Positions 55,998 to 64,000 of a stretch of DNA of 64,000 nt are shown in pieces; position 1 is the first letter of the stretch; every line of letters begins with the position of its first letter. The notes beneath the pieces were generated by a model. It saw nothing but the letters and a program-made list of their open reading frames with translations, was not told where the DNA came from and made no database searches. Made by a program: the position numbers and the translations under genes. Origin of the DNA: an archaeon (GTDB lineage: Archaea; Thermoplasmatota; Thermoplasmata; JAJSAE01); assembly GCA_024281315.1 (NCBI GenBank), contig JAJSAE010000075.1:4222-68221 (forward strand), given 5' to 3'.

Positions 55998-56891
55998 TCA
56001 CTTCATCAGAATCAGCGATAGCTTGGCCTTTCCGTTCTCCAGTTTATTGTCTCGGATGCTTCCCACAAGTAATCTCTTAATCGGTGTTTTTTCCTCGATT
56101 TCTCTGGCAATGTCTTTCAGGTCCATTATGTCGGGTCTGGCCGAGTGAAGTATTGCTATTCCCGTGTCCGGTCGCATCTTCAGGGCATCGCGTATCCAAG
56201 GCCCCCTCAGTGCCTCCGCAACCGCTCTCCTCTCCTTCTCCCGTCCCGAGCCGGCTCCCATTCCGAAGAACCCGGCCTTCCTCCTCACCTCGCCGAAGAA
56301 TATGTCAAGGTCCTCTCTTGTCATTATGGCGGATAGGTCGTCTATGGGAAGCCAGATTATGGAGTTCATCAGGCTGAATGACTTCATTATAGGCATGTCC
56401 CTTGCAATCTCGGATAGGTGGTCGTTTCTGTAGATAAGTGTGAGACTGGCACCGCTCATTATGGCATCGAGAGTCTTTCGGGCGCTCTTCACCCTCTCGC
56501 CCGACTCCACGGAGAACGGAATGCTTACCGAGAAAATGGAGGGGATAACCTGTCTTCTGGTGAGTTCGAGAACATAGGGAGATATGACCGATGTTGTGCG
56601 CCCACCGAGGCCGGCAAAACCCACAAAGACATCCCCGTAGAGTTCTGGTATCAACTGCCGTTCCATCTCTGCCAGCCCACTGCTCTTAATCCCCAGAGAC
56701 GAGTACTCCATTGCCGGAAACAGACTTCTATCCACATGAAAACGCCTTGAAAATCCCTGAAAGTCTCCTGCACCCGCACTAAGGGCCAGAGCATTCTCTT
56801 TCCCTCTCACCATATTGCATCCGGCACTGCCGATCCCTCCGAAGACATAGGAGATTTTCTCCTCTCCGGTTCCGAGTTGAATGACATCCAC
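55998..56891 (-). CDS. divergent short FtsZ/tubulin-superfamily protein (FtsZ-like)
   Basis: 297 aa. G1-like VFGGIGSAGCNMV, T4-region DVFVGFAGLGGRTTSV (canonical GGGTGTG degenerate), FtsZ-like IFSVSIPFSVESGERVKSARKTLD...LIYRND, T7-like PIDDLSAIM. No C-terminal tail. Confidence 0.55.
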   Translation of the reverse strand: MDVIQLGTGEEKISYVFGGIGSAGCNMVRGKENALALSAGAGDFQGFSRRFHVDRSLFPAMEYSSLGIKSSGLAEMERQLIPELYGDVFVGFAGLGGRTTSVISPYVLELTRRQVIPSIFSVSIPFSVESGERVKSARKTLDAIMSGASLTLIYRNDHLSEIARDMPIMKSFSLMNSIIWLPIDDLSAIMTREDLDIFFGEVRRKAGFFGMGAGSGREKERRAVAEALRGPWIRDALKMRPDTGIAILHSARPDIMDLKDIAREIEEKTPIKRLLVGSIRDNKLENGKAKLSLILMK

Positions 56892-56921
56892 GGGACTATA
56901 TGGACGGCGGGCCTTAAAAAC

Positions 56922-57869
56922 TTACTGGTTGCCTATGTTGTTCAGGTCTATATCAAGGGCGGCGCACATCTCCTTGTATCTGTTGCGTATGGTAACCTCG
57001 GTGATGCCGGTAGCTTCGGAGACCTCCTTCTGAGTCTTGGGATTGCTGGTGAGTATGCATGAAATATATATTGCGGCGGCAGCAAGGCCAGTCGGACCTT
57101 TTCCGGAGGTGACACCCAGTTTCCCTGCATCCTCCAGAATCTCCATCCCCTTTATCTGTACGGACGGGGGGACGCCGAGTTTGTTGCAGAATCTTGACAG
57201 ATACTCATCCGGCGTGGACGGCTTGAGATTCAGGCTCACCCCTCTGGCCAGGTGTCGGTATGCTCTGCCCAGTTTCTTCTTGTTTATGTCTGCGGCTTCT
57301 GAGACTTCCGCAATTGTTCTGGGTACTCCACACTGCCTGCACGATGCGTAAACCGATGCGGCAACCAGATGCTCTATGCTTCTCCCCCTTGCCAGGTTCT
57401 TCTCCAGCGCTTTTCTGTATATCATGGCCGCAGTCTCCCGGATATTCCTTGGGAGACCGAGTTTCGATGAAATCCTGCTCAGTTCCTGAAGAGCAACGGA
57501 AAGGTTTCTCTCCTCCGCATCGCCTATGTTCATCCTCTTGTGCCACTTCCTTACGCGATAGACGGTAGCCCTGTTCCTGTTGGGAATTCTCTTACCGTAG
57601 GCATCCCTGTTGGCCCATGAAATCTCGGTAGAAAGTCCTTTGTCATGTATGAGTACGGTAGTGGGCGCGCCGGTTCTGGCCCTCCTTTCGCTCTGGTCGC
57701 TGTCGAAGGCCCTCCATTCAGGCCCCTGATCAATGTATGTATCGTCAAGAACAAGACCGCACTCCTCGCAGACAAGTTCTCCCCTGTCGTAGTACATCTT
57801 CAGGTTCCTGCTCCCGCATTCCGGGCATTTCAGGTCCTCTTTTTCCTGAGAAATCCTTTTTCGGGTCAC
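56922..57869 (-). CDS. tfb: transcription initiation factor TFB (TFIIB)
   Basis: 315 aa. N-terminal Zn-ribbon CPECGSRNL...CEECG and two cyclin-like repeats. Confidence 0.92.
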   Translation of the reverse strand: MTRKRISQEKEDLKCPECGSRNLKMYYDRGELVCEECGLVLDDTYIDQGPEWRAFDSDQSERRARTGAPTTVLIHDKGLSTEISWANRDAYGKRIPNRNRATVYRVRKWHKRMNIGDAEERNLSVALQELSRISSKLGLPRNIRETAAMIYRKALEKNLARGRSIEHLVAASVYASCRQCGVPRTIAEVSEAADINKKKLGRAYRHLARGVSLNLKPSTPDEYLSRFCNKLGVPPSVQIKGMEILEDAGKLGVTSGKGPTGLAAAAIYISCILTSNPKTQKEVSEATGITEVTIRNRYKEMCAALDIDLNNIGNQ

Positions 57870-57923
57870 AAACCCTACTCACAACACATGTTCTATTTAA
57901 AAGTATGCATCACCTGAGAGCGC
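57870..57923 (-). promoter_or_regulatory. putative tfb promoter (TATA-like tttaaaag)
   Basis: The minus-strand sense sequence cttttaaatagaac lies about 25-35 nt upstream of the tfb start. It sits in the 54-nt gap after the polC stop. Confidence 0.3.
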
Positions 57924-60900
57924 TTACAGGAAACTTTCAAGCGTGATGTTCTTCTCCTTATCGCTGTGGAAGAGGGAATCGGCCGCTTCTTCTATGAGAT
58001 TAATCCTCTCCTTTGTGTAGTCCGGAAGTTCATAGTCGTTTGCCAGTCTTCTTGCGACCGCCAGATACTTTATCACATTCTTCTTCGGGACCGTGAGGAT
58101 GAGGTTGTTGCCGCACTCGCACCTTCCAGTGATAGGCATCCGACGATAACTCTTGCCGCACTTGGTGCATCTGAACTTCTGGTTGGAGAAAGCCTTCAGG
58201 TTTCCGATCATGTCCGGCATGAAGTGGGTGTTTATTACCCGCTGGGCTACATCCGCCGTATTGACCGCTCTTATCCTTCTGGCCAGTTCCAGCTGTGCTA
58301 TGAGTTTGTCCGCCATGCTCCCAAGAGACTTATACGCGGATATTTTGACCCCTTCCGATATGTTTTTTGTGTCGTGAGTGAAGCCGAAGCCCTCGTACTG
58401 GGCCTCTGTCCCTACTCTGTCGCTCACCCTCTCAACGGCCTCCACTTCCTTCGGTCGCGCATACTCCAGTGTTGCTCTGTAGAAATCAAGGCTGTAGGAG
58501 AAATTAGTGTCTATGTTGTGTGCCTCCTTGTCAATCTCCGCAGGGTCTATTCTGGTTGTCAGGACAAGAGGGGCATCCATGAGCCCGCCCGAACGGTTGG
58601 GTAGAAACGCCCTTGAAAAATTCAGAAGCGCATCCATAAGAAGCAGGATTGCATCCTCGTCGCCGTCACAGTTTCTTCTCTTGGCCGCATGGAAAAAGGG
58701 GTGACCGTAGCCCACATAGGCTTCGGTGAATCCGATTATTCTGGCCAGTACGCCGCCGGAGGTGTGGGGCGCAATTCCTATGACCAACTGACCTATGAGT
58801 TCCTCCTTGCTTTTTATGTTGTAGTACGCTTCCTTTTTGTAATAGCGCACAAGAAGGTCGTCTATGAAATCAGCTGCTTTCATCAGATAGTCCGTGGAGT
58901 CGCGGGGAATCAGAATATCCTGAAGCCGGAGCTCACATATTTGCTCCTCGTCCTCCAGAGCCATGCCGTAGACATCATGCGTGTATCCGAGTTCTCTGGC
59001 CTTCTCCACCGTTATCCCTATCTCATTCGGACGGAAGTGGGTGAGGGTCATATCGGTCATGTCATACCTCATGGTGCCGTCTTTGTACGGGAATACGCCG
59101 TACATCGCCCTCAGTATCCCTTTCTCAATGGGTTCCGGTACCTTCGAGTCGGGAATCAGTCCTTTCACCGCCTTTATGTCCGGCACCTTTTCTTCATTCA
59201 GGCCGAGGTTCTCAAGAGCCTTTTTGTACAGGGGGCCGAGAAGGACCTGCTGCTTTCTCGGAGCCAGCCGCTCATCTGTTTTCGTTCTCACGCCGCAATC
59301 CGGGCACACGGCAAGGAATGTTATTTTTCCGCATTCGGGGCACCTCCTCTGGCAGAGGTCCACCAGTATCCCATCCTCTCGCGCCGTCGGGGTTCGACTG
59401 CCGAGACTGTCCTCTATTGTGGCGTTTTTTCTGGTGTTTATTGCCTTTTTGAGGAGCCTCTGATTTCCTCCCGCCTCGCCGATGGGGAATAATACATGTG
59501 GTGGTGGATTCATCTTTCTCAGGGCCGCTTTTTCGGGTCTTGCCATTCTGGAACCGATTCTGGTGGGGCCTCTAGCCATTATCTTTATTCCTGCCAGTTC
59601 GTTGATCATATCCAGTGCCTTCAGATTCTCCCAGTTTTCTGGCAGTCCTCTTCTTTCCGCCAGCCCCCCATTCGCTTCCTGCAATCCCAGGCAGTAAATC
59701 AGTGCCGGCGAATGTCTTTCGCTTACCACGATAAACTTCTCGTCATCCTCCCTGCTTACTCTGTGAAAGACCCCCAGAAGTTCCAGAGTTCTCTTGATTC
59801 CTACCTCTTTCTCTCCTTCGCTCAATGGCGGTAGCGGGAGTGCGAGTCTTCCTTCCTTAACCTCTCCCTGCGATAGGATGTAATTCCTCAATTTATGAAC
59901 GGTCTCGGGTGTAAGGTCGTGCCAGAATAGATTGTAATCCGGATGCAGAGGAACGCCCAGCCTCTCGGACATCTCAACGGCCCTTGAAAAATCTGGGTGC
60001 TCCCAATCTTCGGGTATTTTTTTTCCGACCTTAGCGGCGGCGTCTTCAAGCTCCAGCCTGTGCCACTCTGGCGCATAGGAACCCGGGACAAATACATGGT
60101 TGTTCTCTGCGAATTCCCCGGATGGAATAAGTATCTCACCCAAGTCCAGTATCTCCCTAACGGATTCCTTGGCGGCTGCGGCCTCCTTCAGGGTGTTTAC
60201 CTGCTTTACGGTGCCGTTTTTCAGCAGGACAATCGGTCCTTCGATGCTGTCGCACGGCCCGACCGCCCCTGCCTTCCCCGGTCTTTCGAGCTTTACCTGC
60301 GTTCCTATGGCAATGAAGCCGTCCAGCATCTCCATACTGGCCGGGTTTATACCCACTGCCGCGAGTCCGGTATTTCTCCCTCTGCCGTATCTCAGACGGA
60401 AACCCCCTGCCTCGGACGGATGCGAAAGAACAGGCCTGCCCGCAAGAATGTCGCGTATGTACTTTGAACTGGGCTTGATATCAACCACATTCCCGTCTCC
60501 TCCGCTGGTTTTTCTGGTGAAATAATCAAGGAACTCCCAGCCCTTAATCTTAAGGGCATCCACATGCTTTTGAATCTTTGCGGCCTTCTGGCACATTCCC
60601 TCTGCTATGACAAGACACATGCCCCCCCGAACTCTGTTTTCTTTCACCCTTGGAAGGTCTCTGTGGCCGGAAATCTCGTACTTTTCCGTGCCTTCACCGT
60701 TAATGCAGACAGGGCAGTTCTCTACAATAGTCTTTATCTCCTCCGCCGAAGGTGCGTACTGCAGGTGGCTCTTCTGATTGTAAAGAGGGATTTCTTCCTG
60801 ATACCGCTCCACCTCGGCTTTCGTGGGTTTGTATTCACCTATTTTCAGCTCCCTGCGGACCACATCCGCAATTAGAACGCTCATGGCCTGTCCGGTTCCT

Positions 60901-61364
60901 CCGGCCGATCTTATGGGGCCAGAAAAGTAGATATCCGCATAGCTGGTGCCGTCGGAGTTCTCTCCTATATTCACCTTGCTTATCCCCTCCAGAGGGGCCA
61001 CGAGTATTCCCTCCGTAAGAACCGCAAGCCCCGCCCTTACCGCTCGATCCAGAGCGTCGGCCTTTGACCACCCCTCTTCCTGAGCAACCTTCTCCGCAAT
61101 CTTCAGGGAAACAATCTCCCTTTTTTCGTACTTTGCAGTGAGGTCTCTTATGTCCTGAGCGATGCCATCCAGCTTCCACTTCGCAAGGAGTTTCTCAACC
61201 CTTGAAGCGAGATCCTCGGCCCGCGGAATCTCAACATGGTCCTCCGGGTCTCCGCCTGACTTTCTGGCCCTCTCCGCAATGGTGTAGCAGCGCTCCGCTT
61301 CCCGTTCCAGTCCCTCGAAATAGGCCTTCATCTCCTCGCTCATTACTGCTGACATGTTTACCAC
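57924..61364 (-). CDS. polC: DNA polymerase II (PolD) large subunit DP2
   Basis: 1146 aa. Catalytic acidic motif AAKRRNCDGDEDA, Zn-finger CPECGK...CPDCG, overall DP2 size. No intein. Confidence 0.9.
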   Translation of the reverse strand: MVNMSAVMSEEMKAYFEGLEREAERCYTIAERARKSGGDPEDHVEIPRAEDLASRVEKLLAKWKLDGIAQDIRDLTAKYEKREIVSLKIAEKVAQEEGWSKADALDRAVRAGLAVLTEGILVAPLEGISKVNIGENSDGTSYADIYFSGPIRSAGGTGQAMSVLIADVVRRELKIGEYKPTKAEVERYQEEIPLYNQKSHLQYAPSAEEIKTIVENCPVCINGEGTEKYEISGHRDLPRVKENRVRGGMCLVIAEGMCQKAAKIQKHVDALKIKGWEFLDYFTRKTSGGDGNVVDIKPSSKYIRDILAGRPVLSHPSEAGGFRLRYGRGRNTGLAAVGINPASMEMLDGFIAIGTQVKLERPGKAGAVGPCDSIEGPIVLLKNGTVKQVNTLKEAAAAKESVREILDLGEILIPSGEFAENNHVFVPGSYAPEWHRLELEDAAAKVGKKIPEDWEHPDFSRAVEMSERLGVPLHPDYNLFWHDLTPETVHKLRNYILSQGEVKEGRLALPLPPLSEGEKEVGIKRTLELLGVFHRVSREDDEKFIVVSERHSPALIYCLGLQEANGGLAERRGLPENWENLKALDMINELAGIKIMARGPTRIGSRMARPEKAALRKMNPPPHVLFPIGEAGGNQRLLKKAINTRKNATIEDSLGSRTPTAREDGILVDLCQRRCPECGKITFLAVCPDCGVRTKTDERLAPRKQQVLLGPLYKKALENLGLNEEKVPDIKAVKGLIPDSKVPEPIEKGILRAMYGVFPYKDGTMRYDMTDMTLTHFRPNEIGITVEKARELGYTHDVYGMALEDEEQICELRLQDILIPRDSTDYLMKAADFIDDLLVRYYKKEAYYNIKSKEELIGQLVIGIAPHTSGGVLARIIGFTEAYVGYGHPFFHAAKRRNCDGDEDAILLLMDALLNFSRAFLPNRSGGLMDAPLVLTTRIDPAEIDKEAHNIDTNFSYSLDFYRATLEYARPKEVEAVERVSDRVGTEAQYEGFGFTHDTKNISEGVKISAYKSLGSMADKLIAQLELARRIRAVNTADVAQRVINTHFMPDMIGNLKAFSNQKFRCTKCGKSYRRMPITGRCECGNNLILTVPKKNVIKYLAVARRLANDYELPDYTKERINLIEEAADSLFHSDKEKNITLESFL

Positions 61365-61536
61365 TGGCGCATCCCATCAATGTGCCCTCGAAAGCATAGT
61401 CCTATGTTATCTAAATACCTTGTGTTTGATGGATAGAGTGCGATATATATTAAGCCTTTTGCAGAGAAAAAGCCCCGCTCACTGCCACCATTTCTCACGG
61501 AAAAATCTTTTTTTACCCCTCCTCATTACACCCGTC
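61365..61536. promoter_or_regulatory. divergent promoter region (polC/tfb versus acyl-CoA synthetase)
   Basis: 172 nt between divergent starts. Contains gatatatattaagcc and aaatacctt TATA-like elements. Confidence 0.25.
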
Positions 61537-62910
61537 ATGGACTTCTTCTTTGCCCCTGAAAGCATAGCGGTAATCGGCGCATCGCCAAAGAGCGGAAAGA
61601 TAGGGAATGTAATCCTGAGAAGTCTGCTTGAGTCCTCCTATTCTGGCCGTATATACCCGGTGAACCCGAAGGAGAGCGAGATAATGGGACTCCCCTGTCA
61701 TGCCAGCGTCACGGAGGTAAAGGCCGAGATGGCGGTTATCTCCCTTCCAGCCAGCATAGTTCCGGGCGTGGTTCGGGAGTGCGGCGAGTCCGGTGTGAAG
61801 GGGATAGTAATCATATCCGGCGGGTTCAAGGAGATGGGGGCCGATGGAAAGAGGATGGAGGAGGAGATTGTTTCCACCGCAAGGGAGTACGACATGAGAA
61901 TCATAGGTCCGAACTGCATAGGTGTCTATTCTCCCAAGAACGGCATCGACCTCCTTTTCCAGCCGGAGTACGCGATGGTGAGGCCGGGCAGAGGTAATAT
62001 AGCGGTTCTCAGTCAGTCCGGCACATATGCGGCCACACTTCTGGAATGGATACGGATGGAGGGGTTCGGGGTCAGCAAGATGGTCAGTTTCGGCAACAAG
62101 GCGGATGTGGACGAGGTGGACCTGATTGAGTATCTGGCCGACGACCCGGAAACCGATGTGATTGCCCTCTACCTCGAATCCACCAGAAGAGAATTCCTGC
62201 CTGTTCTCAGAAGGGTAGCCAGAAAGAAGCCTGTGGTCATTTTAAAGGGCGGGCAGGGGAGCATGGGGTCTAAGGCGGCCATGAGCCACACCGGCGCACT
62301 TGCAGGAAAGTATGAGGTGTTCAGAGGGGTTATAAAACAGCACGGCGGCACCGTTGCGGAAGACATAGAGGAGATGCTGGACATCATTAAAATTCTCTCC
62401 TTGAGAGTCCCTCCTCCCGGAAACAGGGTTCTGATGATTACAAACGGAGCCGGCCCTGCGGTGAGCGCGCTGGACTTCATGGAGAAAGGAGGGAAAATAG
62501 TCCCCGTGACCGTTGTGGAAGAAACAAGAAAAGCTCTGGCCGAGAGCCTCCCCCCATACTGCATATTCAAGAATCCCATAGACCTCACTGGAAGCGCATC
62601 GGGGGATATGTATGTAAAGGCCATGCGAAATGCCGCGGATGCCGGGGATTTCATATTCATGCTCTTTGTATTTCAGGACGGAATACTGGCCGACACATAC
62701 GGCGCACTTCTTGACAGAATACCGGACCTCATGAAAGAGACGGGAAAGGCCGTGATCGGCATATCATCCGGCGGGCCGTTCACCGAGGAGAGGATGAAGG
62801 AGTTTCAGGCTGCGGGAGTGCCCATGCTGAGGACACCGAAGAGAGCGGTAAAGGCCATGGAAAAGGTGATTGAGTACGGGAGATTTCTGAGACGGTATCA
62901 GTCGGACTGA
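61537..62910 (+). CDS. acdA: acetyl/acyl-CoA synthetase (ADP-forming), alpha-subunit-type CoA-binding protein
   Basis: Start MDFFFAPESIAVIGASPKSGKIGN (CoA-binding Rossmann), succinyl-CoA-synthetase-like flavodoxin domain, MSHTGALAG phosphohistidine region. The ORF-track ORF is N-terminally extended into the promoter. Confidence 0.75.
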   Translation: MDFFFAPESIAVIGASPKSGKIGNVILRSLLESSYSGRIYPVNPKESEIMGLPCHASVTEVKAEMAVISLPASIVPGVVRECGESGVKGIVIISGGFKEMGADGKRMEEEIVSTAREYDMRIIGPNCIGVYSPKNGIDLLFQPEYAMVRPGRGNIAVLSQSGTYAATLLEWIRMEGFGVSKMVSFGNKADVDEVDLIEYLADDPETDVIALYLESTRREFLPVLRRVARKKPVVILKGGQGSMGSKAAMSHTGALAGKYEVFRGVIKQHGGTVAEDIEEMLDIIKILSLRVPPPGNRVLMITNGAGPAVSALDFMEKGGKIVPVTVVEETRKALAESLPPYCIFKNPIDLTGSASGDMYVKAMRNAADAGDFIFMLFVFQDGILADTYGALLDRIPDLMKETGKAVIGISSGGPFTEERMKEFQAAGVPMLRTPKRAVKAMEKVIEYGRFLRRYQSD

Positions 62911-63359
62911 ATGTCTGCGAAACGCCTCACCCTGACGCCGCTCTCCGCAAAGAGTTCCTTGGCCACAGCATCCACATAGTCGTCCATGTAAACAACCTCT
63001 GAAATACCAGAGTTGATTATCATCTTGGCGCAGATGGAGCACGGATGGTTCGTGCAATAAAGCATCCCTCCAACCACGCTCACACCGAACACAGCGGCCT
63101 GAATGATTGCGTTCTGCTCCGCATGAATCCCTCTGCACAGCTCGGCCCTCTGGCCCGACGGAACATTCATCTTCTCACGGATACAGCCGGAGGCATCGCA
63201 GTGCTCTGAGCCTCTGGGCGGCCCGTTATAGCCCGTGCTGATAACCCTCGTGTCCCTGACAATAATGGCCCCCACCGACCTTCTGGTGCATGTGGAGCGC
63301 TTTGAGGCGAGAAACGCCAGTTCCATGAATTGTTCGTCCCTTGTGGGTCTGTCCTTCAT
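62898..63359 (-). CDS. dCMP/cytidine deaminase-family Zn enzyme
   Basis: 153 aa. HAEQNAI and TNHPCSICAKMI (H-A-E...PC..C zinc-ligand motifs). Confidence 0.8.
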   Translation of the reverse strand: MKDRPTRDEQFMELAFLASKRSTCTRRSVGAIIVRDTRVISTGYNGPPRGSEHCDASGCIREKMNVPSGQRAELCRGIHAEQNAIIQAAVFGVSVVGGMLYCTNHPCSICAKMIINSGISEVVYMDDYVDAVAKELFAESGVRVRRFADIQSD

Positions 63360-63390
63360 CGCACCCGCATCGAACAGTGGCTTATAACTC

Positions 63391-63864
63391 TTATCTTCCC
63401 TCTATGCCGAGAAGGAACTCCTTGATTTCGGGACCGCCGCCGGAAAAGCCTCCCATGCCTGAAGAGGAGATAACCCTGTGGCACGGGACTATGAGAGGCA
63501 GGGGATTCCTTCCCAATGCATTTCCCACCGCTCTTGAGGATTGCGGTCTTCCGATAGCCGCAGCAATCCGGCCGTATGTTACTGTTTCGCCGTATGGAAT
63601 CCTTTTTGTGGCATCCCATACATCTCTCTGGAACCGTGTGGTATCCAGAACTGCGGCAGGAGATATCTTAACATTGAACTCCCTCAGTGTGCCGGCAAAA
63701 TAGGCCTCAATCTGCTCGGCAACGGCCCTCAGAAGCGGGTCTGTACAGGCCGCTTCCCCGCCATCTGTGAATAGGTGGATTGAGAGAAGACCGGCACTGT
63801 CCGAAGTAAGAGTAATGTAGAGCAGACCAGAGGGAAGCGGGTGTGAGATGGTGCAGGATGGCAT
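63391..63864 (-). CDS. ogt: O6-methylguanine-DNA methyltransferase
   Basis: 157 aa. TYGRIAAAIGRPQSSRAVGNALGRNPLPLIVPCHRVI with the PCHRV active site. Confidence 0.85.
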   Translation of the reverse strand: MPSCTISHPLPSGLLYITLTSDSAGLLSIHLFTDGGEAACTDPLLRAVAEQIEAYFAGTLREFNVKISPAAVLDTTRFQRDVWDATKRIPYGETVTYGRIAAAIGRPQSSRAVGNALGRNPLPLIVPCHRVISSSGMGGFSGGGPEIKEFLLGIEGR

Positions 63865-64000
63865 GAGGGGGCGATGAAAGGAGCGATAAAAAAGGTTTTG
63901 GAGGCGGGGCTAATAGCGAGCATATGTACGGTACATAGTACAAAAACTTAAATAGTTGTATCATATACTGTACACATGAACCCCTACGACCGCATAGTTA

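Noticed and set aside
58689-59492. 267-aa plus-strand ORF and neighbours inside polC
   Set aside because: It is antisense to the PolD large subunit.

Overview
This window reads as an archaeal (euryarchaeal-type) chromosome segment, about 50-55% GC by eye. About 58 protein-coding genes are supportable; most carry family-level motifs, several are only operon-supported hypotheticals. I found no tRNA, rRNA or CRISPR array. The core is information processing and housekeeping: MCM helicase, both PolD subunits at separate loci, gyrB and gyrA, TFB, aIF-1A next to a Rio kinase, Nmd3, diphthine synthase, glutamine synthetase, Asn-tRNA synthetase, a riboflavin cluster (ribB, ribL, archaeal ribC, ribH), iscS-iscU and an ADP-forming acyl-CoA synthetase. 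Around this core sit several accessory or unusual elements. (1) A 2193-aa AglB (STT3-type oligosaccharyltransferase) carries an extra tail of more than 1100 aa made of tandem beta-sandwich repeats, is very rich in N-x-S/T sequons, and ends in a C-terminal membrane anchor. It is followed by a translationally coupled CARDB-domain glycoprotein, and a predicted archaeosortase lies upstream. (2) A five-gene minus-strand operon (15335-20448) encodes a KaiC-like ATPase, a Roadblock/LC7 protein, a V4R+HTH protein, a 666-aa coiled-coil protein with a Lys-rich tail and winged helix, and a small unknown protein. A second KaiC-like ATPase is paired with a coiled-coil protein carrying triplicated Zn-ribbons encoded by near-identical tandem DNA repeats (27270-29440). 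A DUF835-like protein at 42312-43106 may be a third KaiC-related component. Together these look like an uncharacterised KaiC-centred signalling module. (3) A single-chain Type IIG restriction-modification enzyme, AT-richer than its neighbours, is wedged between gyrB and gyrA with overlapping junctions. (4) A STAND P-loop NTPase has a Roadblock-like domain inserted between Walker A and B and a TPR array. It sits inside the riboflavin cluster and is interrupted by one in-frame TAG. (5) The IscS homologue lacks the PLP-binding lysine. (6) A short FtsZ-family protein has a degenerate glycine box (GGRTTS). All functional calls rest on motif recognition by eye and gene context; I ran no database search.
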